Source: Takakia lepidozioides (lineage: Eukaryota; Plantae; Bryophyta). Taken from it: 64,000 nt of DNA. The stretch lies in assembly GCA_030704615.1 (NCBI GenBank), contig CM060732.1, positions 57,784,001-57,848,000 of the forward strand, in the 5' to 3' direction. A program made the position numbers and the translations under genes. Shown piece after piece: positions 23,669 through 36,600 of the stretch (the stretch's first letter is position 1; every line of letters begins with the position of its first letter). Under the pieces are notes generated by a model. The model was not told where the DNA came from. It saw only the letters and a program-made list of their open reading frames with translations, and made no database searches.

Positions 23669-24720
23669 TTTTCACGTGGAAGGAAGAGATCTGAAGAAGG
23701 AACAGAGTATGGAGAGGATCGAAATGGGTGGATTGCTGCGAACAGTATTGCCGAAGCTTGAATGATGGGGCACAGCGATATGCAGCGTGGAAAGCGAGTG
23801 TGAAAGAAGAGATGTGAAGAAGGAACAGTGGAAAGCGAGTGCGAAGAGTGTAGCGAGGGCAGGGATATATACGCTTGTCAGCAGCCCAGCCTGGAGGGAC
23901 ACCTGTGGGGTCGGTGCCGGAATACGCAAGGTGTCACCCCCAAAGAGCTCCACTTGTCGACTACAGAACGTCCACTGCTCTATCCGCTTCCTGCCACCCG
24001 CATGACACCATCTGTCGATACTATCTTTATTTGTTTGTATTAATATTCATTTTCTATGCACTTTCCTACCTGCCCCCTTGAAGCGAGTCACACTGAGCCC
24101 TTTCACACTGCACCTATATATGTATTTTGGTTCCTTCATCAATTTGGTTCCTGATGACATGGCCGAATTGATCCATGCGAGTTGGATGATTTCTGCCACG
24201 TGTACAATTCTCTAAAAAAGGAGACTGCCGTAGATTTGTGCCATTATTGGCAAATTTTGTGTATAGACCATGGCACTCTCCTAAAATTCAGTGTCAAGAC
24301 AGATCAGGAAGCTGACTGTCCAGAAGATGTACTTAGCTGCCAAGGATCAACCCTCCAAGCATGAGACAATGCTGAGGGAAAACAATTGCCACCATCAGAA
24401 GCCCAAAAAGACCAATTCAAATAAACCTTGGATACTGGATGCTACCCCATCACTGCAGTGACAACATTTCTGAGAATTCCTCTTCAACACTCTGGTAAGT
24501 CCCTTGTTCACATTTGTGGGGGACACAACTTACCATCCCAGTAGTTTGGGCAGTTCCAACAACTTACAGACTGCATCGGTGAACAGAGACTGTGATGCCC
24601 GATCACTCTCTTCATGGCTACTGTTCCCTGCCCCTCTCTTTATGTCCATCTCCATGAGGTTTTCTATGACTTCTGATGCCGTTCAGAAATCTTCGGCCAT
24701 CACCATAGGCACCTCATAGA

Positions 24721-26996
24721 TTGTACTCATAAGACGTTGTTTGCCGTAGCGTTGTGGCCATTGACCCCGCGCCCAGTTTGAGCGGGAACAAAAGGGACAG
24801 AACCTACCTCTGTCAGGGGCTGACGTTGGTAGTAAGACTTACCTCCATATAAAGAACTAATCCGGGTTTTCCAGATATCCCCTAGAAATCCCTTCACACA
24901 AGCATCAATCTGCTGTGTGTGATTTGCCCAAAAACTAGGCCTGGGCCTGGAGGGCCTGGGCTTTTGGCTCAGCCTCGAGACTGTCAAAGTTGGTAAACAG
25001 GGGTACAGGCACAATTCCCTTAATAGATTTGAAGAGAGCGTCTCTTTGGTGAGAGAACCCCGGACAGTGTATCAGAAAATGAATACTGTCTTCAGATTGC
25101 CCACACAACGGGCAATTGCACTCTCCCTTTCCTCTCTGCTTCTGTTTGCTGTTCAAAGGTAGGCTTCCTGCCCTGAGTTTAAATTTCAGTCTAGTGCCGA
25201 GAGTGGGTAGACCCTTGAGGTCATCCAAGATGTCCTCCCCCATGTCACAGACTGGAAACAAGTTCAGGGAAGTTTTCTGCCTAACTTCATTTTCATCAGA
25301 CAATCTCATGGCAACAGACATGGCTGAGGACACTACAGCCTCTAAGTCAGATTTATCCAGCAGGGTCAAGACTTGCGGATCCAGGTCCAGGTCCTTGAGG
25401 ATCTCTTCTACTCTCTTCCGCCAGGACTTAGCCTGTTTGACAGGGCGGTCCTGTTACCAAGATCTAGAGTCGATTAACTTGAGATATCTGGTGTTGGGCA
25501 TATGTTGCAGCTGACCCCACCATCTGACCTTGAATTCATCTCGTCGGGAGCTTAAGGACGGAATGCCAAACTCACCCCGAACAGCCACATTGGCTGTTTT
25601 GGAGCATGCTGACATACACTCCTTAAGCACCCCCACTTGAATGGATTCTAGAGACTTAGCCTGGTTGGAGTTATCAACCCATATAGCAGATCCGTACTCC
25701 AAGGCAGGTCTAATAACGCGACAAAGCATGGTTTTCTTAACCTCAGAGTTGACCCCTCTGCAGTGGAAAAATTTAGTGAGCCCCAGAGCTTTGCCCTTGC
25801 CAGTTTGAACAACTTTCCGGATATGTGCATCCCAATTACAATTGGAGGAGAACTCAACGCCCAGGTAAGTGTAGGAAGGGAGGACCGGGATCTCTTGGCT
25901 ACCCCACGGCCACTTAAGATCACTTCCTCCCTCTCCTCTGTCGTTGAATGCTACCACTGCACATTTGCCGACATTAGCCTCTAGCCCCCAAAGATCTAAG
26001 TATCTCTTCGCGCAATCAATCAACTCCTGGAGATTGGTTGGAGTCTCCCCTATGCCTGCGAAGTCATCCGCAAACATAAGGGCTGGTATGGTGGTATCAC
26101 CCGCCCTTAACCCAAATCCCTCACTTTCCACATCCTCGAGGAGTTGATTGATGAAAACATTGAAGAGCAGAGGGGAGAGAGTACATCCTTGAGCTACACC
26201 TTGGTCTATGTCAAAGAAGTTGGACTTCTGTCCGTTAACAGTGACACAGCTTTTGGTGTGAGCATACAAGTTGTGGACAACTCTCCACATCTTTCCCTTG
26301 ATCCCACAAGACCAGAGGCGGAACCATAGGCCATCTCTCCACACTGTGTCATAAGCCTTTTTGACATCCAGGAAAAAGACATAAGTGGGTTTCCCTTCTT
26401 TTTTCCTTCCCTGGATAATCTGGCTTAGAGTGAAGATATGATCCACACAGCCCCTGTTTTGCCGAAAGCCAGCTTGGCCTTCGTGGAAACAACCTCTAGA
26501 CTCCAGATCAACCTCGAGACGAGTACTTATAACTCTGCAGAATGTCTTGCCAACAGCATTGAGGAGTGAGATGCCACGGTAGTTCCCTGGTTCTTCTCTG
26601 TCACCCTTCTTGTATAGATTGACAATGACCCCCCCTCGCCAGCGAAAGGGGATCATTTCAGTCTTCCAGATAAGGTTAAAGAGGAGAACTAGGGCCTCTA
26701 TCATGGGATCGCCACCGTGCTTGATAAGCTCGTTGACAATACCATCAGGTCCACCAGCTTTATATCCATTTAAATGTTCAATTGCTTCCACAATCTCAGA
26801 AGAACTAATGGGAGCATTATAAGCCATTGAAATATACTCCAGTTCATCAGGGCTGTTTTGAATCATAGGAACAGTTTTTCCAACTGTGTCCCTCCATTCA
26901 GCAGAAGACCCCTCACTGTTAGACCTAGAAGTTCTGCCAAGGATACTGTAGTGAGTTTCAAAGGTTTTGACAATGTCAACCGATGAAGTCACCACT
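24721..26996 (-). mobile_element. 5'-truncated LINE (RTE/RTE-X-like RT with C-terminal CCHC) with 12-bp TSD
   Basis: RT motifs KAGGPDG, NYRGISLL, QAGFR, FLDVKKAYD, QGCTLSPLLF, LMFADD and YTYLGV; CPLC..EDSIHFLIHC. TSD GCACCTCATAGA at 24709-24720 and 26997-27008. One internal stop at 25454. Confidence 0.93.
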
Positions 26997-27148
26997 GCAC
27001 CTCATAGAGACTGTAAACTAGTCTGCCGCATTCGTATCCTACTTGTTTCTTCCAATTCTAACCCCACTCTTCGAAAATAATCACAAAATATGACTCTTTC
27101 TGCCCTCGTGTGTGAGCGGTGCATTGTCTTTCATGGATGTCGCTTGTG

Positions 27149-30100
27149 TCACCAGTACTTCCCACAAGAACAAACCCCATCTTGGAAGTGGTGAAGCCGC
27201 TGCCATCCCTTAAAACACATGTTCGCCCAAGAAGTTTCAAGATGGACTTCATGGCAGTGTGGGAAATCACCACACACCCCAAGGTTCTTCATGCCCCCGG
27301 GGGGCATGCTGATCAGCCCAAAAACAATGGCCAGCTTCTCGCTGTGGTGGCGAAGAGAATTCCACTTCCTCCTCCCGAGTCAAGCAATACACAGCATTTG
27401 TCAGGCATGAACCCGGCCTCCTAAATCTGCTGGGGGACAATCTATTCAGCTTAGCATGGATATCCTTCATTTGAGGATGCAATTTGTCATCTGAAAGGAA
27501 AGTATACACTTGGTTGTGCACCTCAATACAGCGATGCCCTGGTTCCTATGTAACACCTCTCTCCAACATCATTTTTCTAACCTTTACTCTGTCATCCCAC
27601 CTGCCAGCAGCATCATAGATATTTGATAGCAGTACATATGATGCACTGTCCTGTGGATCCAACTTGAGAAGGCATTTTGCCACTCGTTCTGCCACCTCCA
27701 CATTGCCATGAATTCTGCAGGCACCAAGCAAGGCCCTCCACACTGCAACACCTGGTTCAATTGGCATTTTGTTAATTAACTCCTCTGCCTCGTTCAATTG
27801 GCCTGCACGGCCAAGAAGGTCCACCATGCAGCCAAAATGCTCAACCGTTGGAGTGAGGCCATGATCTCGACTCATGGAATCAAAGTAGTGACGGCCTTCA
27901 TCCACTAGGCCGACATGGCTACATGCAGAGAGAACACATATAAAGGTGATGCCATTTGGCTTCAAATCTTCCTGTTGCATTTGTTCAAATAGTTTCAGGG
28001 CCTCTCTACCACCACCGTGCTGAGCATATCCAGCAATCATTGCGCTCCATGAGACCACATTTTTCCCAGTCATATTGTTGAACAAATGATGTGCATCCAC
28101 AATGCTCCCGCACTTGGCATACATGTAAACAAGGGCATTCTCCATAAGGATATCAGGTGCAATTCTTGCTTTGATGATATCAGCATGGATCTCTCTGCCT
28201 TTTTCCAGGCCTGCCAGGCTGGAGCACGCACTAAGAACACAAATGAATGTGACACTGTCTGGCATCACGCCTTCTCGAATCATTTGTTTATAAATCTCAA
28301 AAGCCTCTTTACCACACCCTTGCTGAGCATATCCAGCTATGATTGTATTCCATGAGATGACATCCCGTTGGCCCATACTGTCAAATACTTGGCGTGCCTC
28401 CCTCATGTTCCCGCATTTGGCATACATGCCAGCAAGGGCAGTCTCCAGAATGATATCTGGCCCAATCCTAGCTTTGATTATCTTGGCATGGACCTCTTTG
28501 CCCTTTTCAAGAGCTGCCAAGCTGGAACATGCATTGAGAACACAAACAAATGTGACCTTGTCAGGTGTCACCCCCTCTCGAATCATTTGCTCATACATAT
28601 CGAAAGCCTCCATACCGTACCCATGCTGAGCATATCCTGTGATCATTACACTCCATGAGACAACAGTTCGTTGAGCCATACTGTTGAACAATTGACGTGC
28701 CTCATTTACCTCCCCGCATTTGGCATACATATCGACAAGAGTATTCTGCAGGACGATATCTGGCACTAGTCCAGCTCTGATGATGTCAGCATGGACCTGT
28801 TTACCCTTTTCCAGGGCTGCCAGGCTTGCACATGCATTGAGAACGGAAATGAATGTGATATTGTTGGGCATCACCCCCTCTAGAACCATTTGCTCATACA
28901 TTTTCCAAGCCTCCATACCATACCCATGCTGAGCATATCCTGCAATCATTGAACTCCATGAGATCACATCTTTTTCAGCCATACTGCTGAACATTTGTCG
29001 TGCATCGTCTAAACTCCCACATTTAGCATACATATGAACAAGGGCATTCTGCATCATAATATCTCGAACAATTCCAGCTTTTATGATATCAGCATGAACC
29101 ACTTTGCCCTTTTCCAGGGCTGCCAGGCTGGCACATGCATTGAGAACACAAATGAATGTAACCTTGTCAGGCTTCAGCCCCTCTTGAATCATTTGCTCAT
29201 AAATCTCGAAAGCATTCGTACCACACCCCAGTTTAGCATATCCTCCTATCATCGCATTCCATGAGAATACATTTCGTTGAGCCATACTATCGAATACTTG
29301 TTGTGCATTCTTCATGTTCCCGCCCTTGGCATACATGTCAACAAGAGCAGTCTCCAAGATGACATCGGGTGTCAGTCCAGCTTTGATGAAGTCACCATGG
29401 AGCTCTGTGCCCCTTCCCAGGTCTCCCAGGCTGGCACACGCATTGATAGCAGAAACAAACGAGACCTTGTCAGGTATCAACCCCTCTCGGATCATTTCAT
29501 CATAAACCTCAAGAGCCTCCCTAGCACAACCATGCTGAGCATATCCTGCAATCATTGAATTCCATGAGACAACATCTCGGTGACCCATATTGTCAAACAC
29601 TTGTCGTGCATCCTTCATATTCCCACATTTAGCATACATGACAGCAAGGGCAGTCTCCAGGACGATATCTGGACCGATTCCAGTTTTGATTATTTGAGCA
29701 TGGACCTCTCTCCCCTTTTCCAGTGCTCCTAGGCTGGCACATGCCTTGAGAACGGATATGAACATGACCTTGTCAGGGGTTACCCTTTCCTGTATCATTT
29801 GCTGATAGATATTCAAAGCTTCCTTACCATAACCATGCTTAGCATATCCTGAGGTCATTATAGTCCAGGTAAACACATCTCGTTCGGGCATTTTATCAAA
29901 CACTTGGCGTGCATCAGCCATGCTCCTGCACTTGGCATACATATTGAGAAGCAAGTTGAGTAGAGAGATGTGGGGGTACAATCCACTTTGGATTATGTGG
30001 GCATGCACCCGCTTTCCCATTTTAAGGTCTCCAAATTTCAGGCACTCCCGCAAGATAGAGACATAAGTATTGGAGTCTGCAGAGATGTCTTGTTTGTTCA

Positions 30101-30750
30101 AAATGTGCGCGGCTGCTTTCAGCTGTCCTGTCTTAAATGGCGTCCTGACATCCCCACAACTGCCACCGGTGTTGTTCTTGACTCCATCACCTCGACCTCG
30201 TATCATGGCAGCTAGTGCCGCTTGCACCAAAGGAGGCCGTGAACAACCCTCAATCCAAAGGGCCTGATTGGTGCGTTTATGTCTGAAATGTGGTGATCCT
30301 GGACTTTTCTGTGAAAAAAAGAACTGCACAGCTAAGCAACTATAGCTTCAACCACTATAACCACCAGAGCTCCAAGAGTTCTTCAAATGATAGACAATAA
30401 GAATCACTTCTGCTTACTGATGCAGACCAAAATAATCATTAGTGTAAGGAACAAGGCAACAATACAGTCCAACTAACATGATTGCGCAGCTTCAAGCACA
30501 ATCCCTCCTCCAAAAGGTACGCTCACCTTATGACATTTGTTGTCCCACCACTGCGAAGGATCTGAGAAGACCTGCCAGAGTGCTTGACCTGTGTTAAAAA
30601 ACTACCAAGACCATGAGTGTGCTCAACAAAATTTCCAGCTCCAAGTTAACCTGGATATTATTAGGAGCCTTCAAAAAAATTCTCTCAAATTCTCCCTCCC
30701 TTCTCTTATTGTACCTAAATCTACAGAGAAAGGTCTGTATAGCTTTCCAT
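27149..30750 (-). pseudogene. PLS-class PPR gene 1: long intact PPR-E ORF (30308-27546), decayed DYW domain behind a premature stop, disrupted exon 1 with PDF motif
   Basis: 101-aa P-L-S triplets (MYAKCG..DA..VF..M..RDVISW..MIAGYAQHG). Stop at GVT*EPG, then frameshifted HHSEKLAIVFGLIS...HHFQDGVCSCGKYW*. Intron 30526-30309. Confidence 0.88.
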
Positions 30751-30839
30751 AAAATCACATCTTTCTTTGTCAGTGGGCTTCCTGTCCTTGCGATAAATTT
30801 CAATTTCTGCTTATTTGAAGAAGAAAAAGAAGACGGTTG

Positions 30840-31190
30840 AAATTGAGCTGGGACGGGCCAAGGAAAATATGGGGTCAGAATTGCTCGGCAGCAAAGAGTT
30901 AGAGACCCAGAAGGTGGTCAAAATTTCCAGGTCTATACCTGTCTCCATTGTCTCTGGAGTCAAAGCCCGCGCTTGCAAGGGTTTGGGGCCCGGCATTGCC
31001 AAGCTGGATATCCATTTCACCTCCACAACCTGGTGCCCTGCTACTCTGCAGTCGTACAGGCTTCCCACACGTTCACCCCAAAGAGAAGACGGTGACTGAC
31101 TTATGGCCTCCTCTCTCTGCCAGCTGAGGAGGCCGGTGGAGCGTGCTGCCATCGACGAGCCTTTGAGAGAAAGAAGCCACACTGGGAAGG
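30840..31190 (+). mobile_element. Decayed dispersed repeat (LINE-like), related to 32100-33500 and 37150-38540
   Basis: Shared translated motif (P/S)G(I/L)AKLD...LQ..RL and DNA ttgccaagct in all three. Confidence 0.45.
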
Positions 31191-31433
31191 TAATCAGAAC
31201 AGCAAAAAAAAAGCGAGAGCTCCTACAACTCCGATTGCAGTTGTAAGTATGGACTTCGTAGACAACCAGAGAAAAGTATTGGGCAATGATTGCCTGTGCA
31301 ACACCTCACATGAAGACTAAGAAACTAACAAAGAAACTGACCTTCCCTACACATAACTTTCAGTATCCGTGACTGAGCTTTTGAAGCGGAATTTTCTGAA
31401 TTGTGTTGTGAAATCAATGAAAACATCTGGCCC

Positions 31434-31859
31434 TCATTGTTTTGTGGGCAAAGAGCTCCTGAAAATCTCAACCCCCAAATAATCAACAACTCCTTCAACA
31501 GCTACATGCGGTTTGCCTATTTTGACACGAACGTCAGAGATCGCTGTATGCTTTCCTAGAATGTCGGAAGCAATCGAATTTGCCACAGACTCCAGCAACT
31601 GAAATGGAGGGCCTTCCACGATCCTTTTGACCTGCCTGTAGATCTCTCCATAGCTGACCGAGTCCTCAAGGCAATCAGTCTCCCCAGCTCTACGAAGGTC
31701 TAACCAGGCATCCACATCCACCACAAACTTCTGCCCTAATTTTCTTTCTTCTTCATAAACTCCGTGATATCCATGGAACTGCAACCCCCTCAAGACAAGC
31801 TTGTCTCTGTAGCTGGGTACCCTGCTTCCGCCAACTCCATCCTCAAAATGGCGAGACAT
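31434..31859 (-). CDS. FOLB: Dihydroneopterin aldolase (141 aa, single coding exon)
   Basis: DKLVLRGLQFHGYHGVYEEERKLGQKFVVD, SVSY, LLESVA and VKIGKPHVAVEGVVDYLGVEIFR match the plant FolB family. Confidence 0.95.
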   Translation of the reverse strand: MSRHFEDGVGGSRVPSYRDKLVLRGLQFHGYHGVYEEERKLGQKFVVDVDAWLDLRRAGETDCLEDSVSYGEIYRQVKRIVEGPPFQLLESVANSIASDILGKHTAISDVRVKIGKPHVAVEGVVDYLGVEIFRSSLPTKQ

Positions 31860-32099
31860 TTGAAATTCGAAACACCTTAAACCCACTTAAAACCCACTTT
31901 ATTCTTAGAATAGATCTGTCCTTTCACAAATAAATCGCCCTGATCCTTGGCTTTACAGACCCGAGCGAACGTCATACCTGTATGAAGGCAACTATCAGTG
32001 ACATCTCACAAATCGAGAAGAAAATGCAACCACTCACCTAGACTGTCAAGAGCTTAGACATACATACCACCACTGAAACACAAATTATCCGCAAAGCGC

Positions 32100-33500
32100 A
32101 TTGGCTGCTGAAACCATCTTCAAACTCCCAACATACCAAAGAGTACAGAGGAATCCCGGCTCGGCTCTGGAGACAAAACGATCAGGGAATACACTTCAAT
32201 ACAACAGGATAGGGCGGGTTTGGGAAGAGACCCGTTTGACCAGACGTTCTGGACGGGTTACGGGTCCACATGGAAAGAGGCCCTTTAATTGAATGCGCTG
32301 CCATTCTCCGACTCTTTAACCCCATCGTCTGATTACTTTCCAGAGAGAGTGACAACGAGAGAGAAATTCTTTGAATGGATTGAAGAACCAGCGAGGCCGG
32401 AATTCGGAGCGTGTGATACATTTACAGGTATCAAGTATCACCTGCCGAAGAATTTTGCCGTAGACAGGGCTGAGGCAAGAAGGCAGCAGAAGCATCAACC
32501 CGACACCACCATCGATGTAGGGAGACAGTGAAGTGCGCTGGCCCAAAGCGGCAATGCACCCTCAACAGCATAGTCTCTGACCAACACTCTTAGACCCCTG
32601 TTGTTCCTCTTTTCCTGCTGTCCGCTTCTCCTTGGCTCTGTCACTGGCGCGGGATGGCAGCACGCGCCGCCGCTCTCCTGAGTTCGCAGGGAGAGGCCAT
32701 ACCCCAAGCCCTGTCTTCTCCTGGCGATGTGCAGCCCGGAAGCCTCACGTCCTGCAGCAGATTAACGTGCGAGGCTGGGAAGCTCAAATGGATATCCAGC
32801 TTGGCAAGGCCGGACCCGAGATCCTCGCGGATGATGGCTATGACGCTTGCCCAGCCTCCATTGATATCCGAGAAAGGTATGAAATGGAAATCTTTGCTGA
32901 CTTTTCTGGGCTGTGGAAACTGCTCAATTGGTGCTCCATATTTTCCTTACCCATCCCAAGATAAACCCCTACCATGTTTGTCGAAAAAGTTCCCTCTCTG
33001 ATTGTACTCGGCACGCTAGAGCTCCTCCAGTATCTGCTGAAATATCTGAAAGTTTGTATTCTATCCATCATTGCATGTTTTTCCTGTGAAGCTCGATCCA
33101 TTTTATTACTGCCCAAAATTATTCGACAAGAGAGATTAGTCGCTATTTACATTGCTTGCTTGCGGATGCCAGTGTGGGGGAAATGTCAACAAGGTGAGAG
33201 AATGTTATGTTATTGCTACAGGTCCTCTGAAGCATTGCAAAGCGACAAGGCCAATTACGCTGAGAAGGAGGGGTAAGGGCAGAAAGAAGGGTTTACTCAT
33301 TGAACCCCTTGTTAACATTGGCCGTGACAGGCCCTTGCGATTAGAGGGAATAACAATCCTTCTGGAGCCTGTTGTGGGAGTCTATACCCTCCACTACTTA
33401 TAGAAACTCGGCAGATTAAAACATACTCCTGATTTCATCAAAGCTGCTCTGCCCCCAATCCGACTCGGATGTGACAAATGTTTCTTTGATGGCACTGGCT
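32100..33500 (-). mobile_element. Decayed LINE-like repeat, same family as 30840-31190
   Basis: Minus-strand GLAKLDIH...NLLQDVRL; boundaries approximate. Confidence 0.4.
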
Positions 33501-33602
33501 GTCATACCATTGCAGGGCGAGAGAGAGAAGAGGGGAAGGTGTGAATTTTATGGAAGGCCTCTGTAACAGACTTCCTTGGTCCATTAGAAGCTTCTAAGAT
33601 CC

Positions 33603-36600
33603 ATGTTGAAGTACCAGGGTTTCTGGATAGAGTCTGAGGAAATCCAAAGTTGGCAAAGTCCCCATGGTCTTGTAGTTCTTGCAAGCAGGTCAAGCAAAGA
33701 GCAACCAACAACTCTGGCAAGAGTTTTGTTCAGATCTTCACAGTGGTGGGACAGCAGGTTTGATAAGGTGACATCTTTTTTTCAACTGGATTGTATCTCC
33801 CATCCCTTAAAATTACTAGCAATTCTTCTCTAAAATTGGCAAAGTGGTCCTTACTCAAGCTATGAGTTGCTTGAAAACAGGGTGTTTAAGGTTGTTCCCT
33901 GCTGTGTTAGAGATGCTTGGAGATCTGGTGCGTGTAGCTATATGCCACTCTACTCAACTGCCTGCTGCTGGTTTTTGCAGAGAAGTACAAGATCACCAGA
34001 CTTCAGGCATATGCATACAAACGAGGCACTCCGGATTGAGGGTTGGTCGAACCCTCCTCGGATGAAAACAGTGCTAGCTGGCATGATAAGTCAAGCACAA
34101 TCTCGTGATGGAGTGGACAAGAACTCTTCTGGCACTTGCGGGGACTTCAGAACACTATGTAAGTCAGGACAAGTGAAGAAGGCACTGCACATTTTGACGA
34201 AACAGGGCATGTCCATAGACTACAATACTTATGTCTGTCTCTTGCGGGCGTGCATCGAAATTAAAGACCTTGAAGTGGGAAAGCAGGTGCACAAACACAT
34301 CATCCAAAGCAGATTGAATCCAAACAATTTTCTACTCAAAACCATCGTTAACATGTATACAAAATGTGGGAGAGTGCTGGATGCACGTCTAGTGTTTGAC
34401 AAAATGCCCGAACGAGATGTGTTCACGTGGACTACAATGATGGCAGGATATGCGAAGCATGGGAATGGTAGGGAGGCTTTGGAGATCTATCAGCAAATGA
34501 TACAGGAAGGGGTGACACCGGACAATGTCACACTCATCTGCATTCTCAAGGTTTGTGCCAGCCTAGGAGCCCTTGACAAGGGCAAAGAGATCCATGCTTA
34601 TATCAACAAATTTGGCATTGCACCAGATATCATACTGCAGACTGCTCTTGCTGCCATGTATTCAAAATGCGGGAGCATGAAGGATGCCCGTGAAGTCTTT
34701 AATAACATGGAACAACGAGATGTGGTTTCATGGAATGCAATGATTACAGGATATGCTCAGCATAGGTGTGGTAGGGAGGCTCTTGAGATATATGAGCAAA
34801 TGATTCAAGAAGGTGTGATGCCTGTCAAGGTCACATTCATTTGTGTTCTCAATGCTTGTGCCAGCCTAGGAAACCTGGCAAAGGGCAACAAGGTCCATGG
34901 TAACATCATTAAAGCTGGAATTGTGCCAGATATCATTTTGGAGACTGCTCTTGTTGACATGTATGCCAAGTGTGGGAGTGTATTGAAAGCACGGGAAATA
35001 TTTAACAACATGGCTGAGAAAGATGTTGTCTCATGGAGTGCGATGATCTCAGGATATGCCCAGCAAGGGTGTGGTAGGGAGGCCTTTGAGATTTATGAGC
35101 AAATGATGCAGCAAGGGGTGGCGCCTGACACAGTGACCTTCATTTGCCTTCTCAATGTGTGTGCCAGCATGGCAGATTTGGAAAAGGGAGAAAAGGTTCA
35201 TACTGGAATCATCAAAGCAGGAATTGGGCCGCATGTTGTCATGGAGAATTCTCTTCTCAACATGTATGCGAAATGTGGGAACATCATGGATGCACGTCAA
35301 TTGTTCAACAATATGGCTAAAAAGGATCTGTTCTCATGGTGCACGATGATTGCAGGATATGCTCAGCATGGATGTGGTAAGGAAGCTTTTGAGATTTATG
35401 AGCAAATGATTCGAGAGGGGGTGACACCCGACAGGGTCACATTTGTTTGCATTCTCAATGCCTGTGCCAGCTTGGCAATACTTGAAAAGGGCAAAGCGGC
35501 CCATGCTGATGTTGTCAAAGCCGGAATTGCACTGGATATCGTTATGGAGAACACCCTGGTCGACATGTATGCCAAATGTGGGAGCCTAAATGCTGCACGC
35601 CAAGTGTTTAACAATATGGCTGAAAGAGATGTGGTTTCATGGACCACGATGATTGCAGGATATGCTCATCATGGGTCTGGTATGGAGGTGTTTGAGATGT
35701 ATGAGCAAATGATACAGGAGGGGGTGATGCCTAACAAGGTCACATTCAGTTGTGTTCTCTATGCATGTGCAAGCCTGGCCGCGGTAGGAAAGGGGAAAGA
35801 GGTCCATGCTGAAATCATCAAAGCTGGAATCCCACTAGATAACATTCTGGAGACTGCCCTTGTTAACATGTATGCCAAATGTGGGAGTGTAATGGATGCA
35901 CGTCAACTCTTCAACGACATGACTGAGAAAGATGTGATTGCATGGACCACAATGATTGCAGGATATGCACAGCATGGGTGTGGCCGGGAGGCTCTGAAAT
36001 TGTTTGAACAAATGCAGCAGGAAGGCTTGAAGCCAAATGGTATCACTTTTGTTTGTGTTCTAGCTGCGTGTAGCCATGTGGGCCTAGTCAGTGAAGCCCT
36101 TCACTACTTTGATTCTATGAGTCGAGATCATGGCGTGACTCCTACAGTGGAGCATTATGGCTGCATGGTGGACCTCCTTGGCCGCGCAGGACGATTGTAT
36201 GAGGCAGAGGATTTAGTCAACAAAATGCCAATCAGACCAGGAGTTGCAGTGTGTAGGGCCTTGCTTGGTGCGTGCAGAGTTTATGCCAATGTGGATGTTG
36301 CAGAACGAGTAGGCAAACACCTTCTTAAGTGGCATCCGCAGGATGCAGCAACTTATGTGCTGCTATCAAACATCTATGCCGCTGCTGACAGGTGGAATGA
36401 CGCAGCAAAGGTTAGAAAAATGATGCAAGACACAGGCATCAGAAAGGAGCCAGGGTCTAGCTGTATTGAGGTGGATAACGTGGTGCATACATTTGTTGTA
36501 GGTGACAAACTGCACCCACAAACTGAGGAAATTCATGCTGAACTTCAGAGATTGTCTGGGCAAATGAAGGAGGTGGGATTCGTGCCTGACACTTTCAATG

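Larger units (their letters stand above)
19362..24051. repeat. Segmental duplication copy 2
   Basis: Collinear similarity to 1-4818 with copy-specific indels. Confidence 0.95.
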
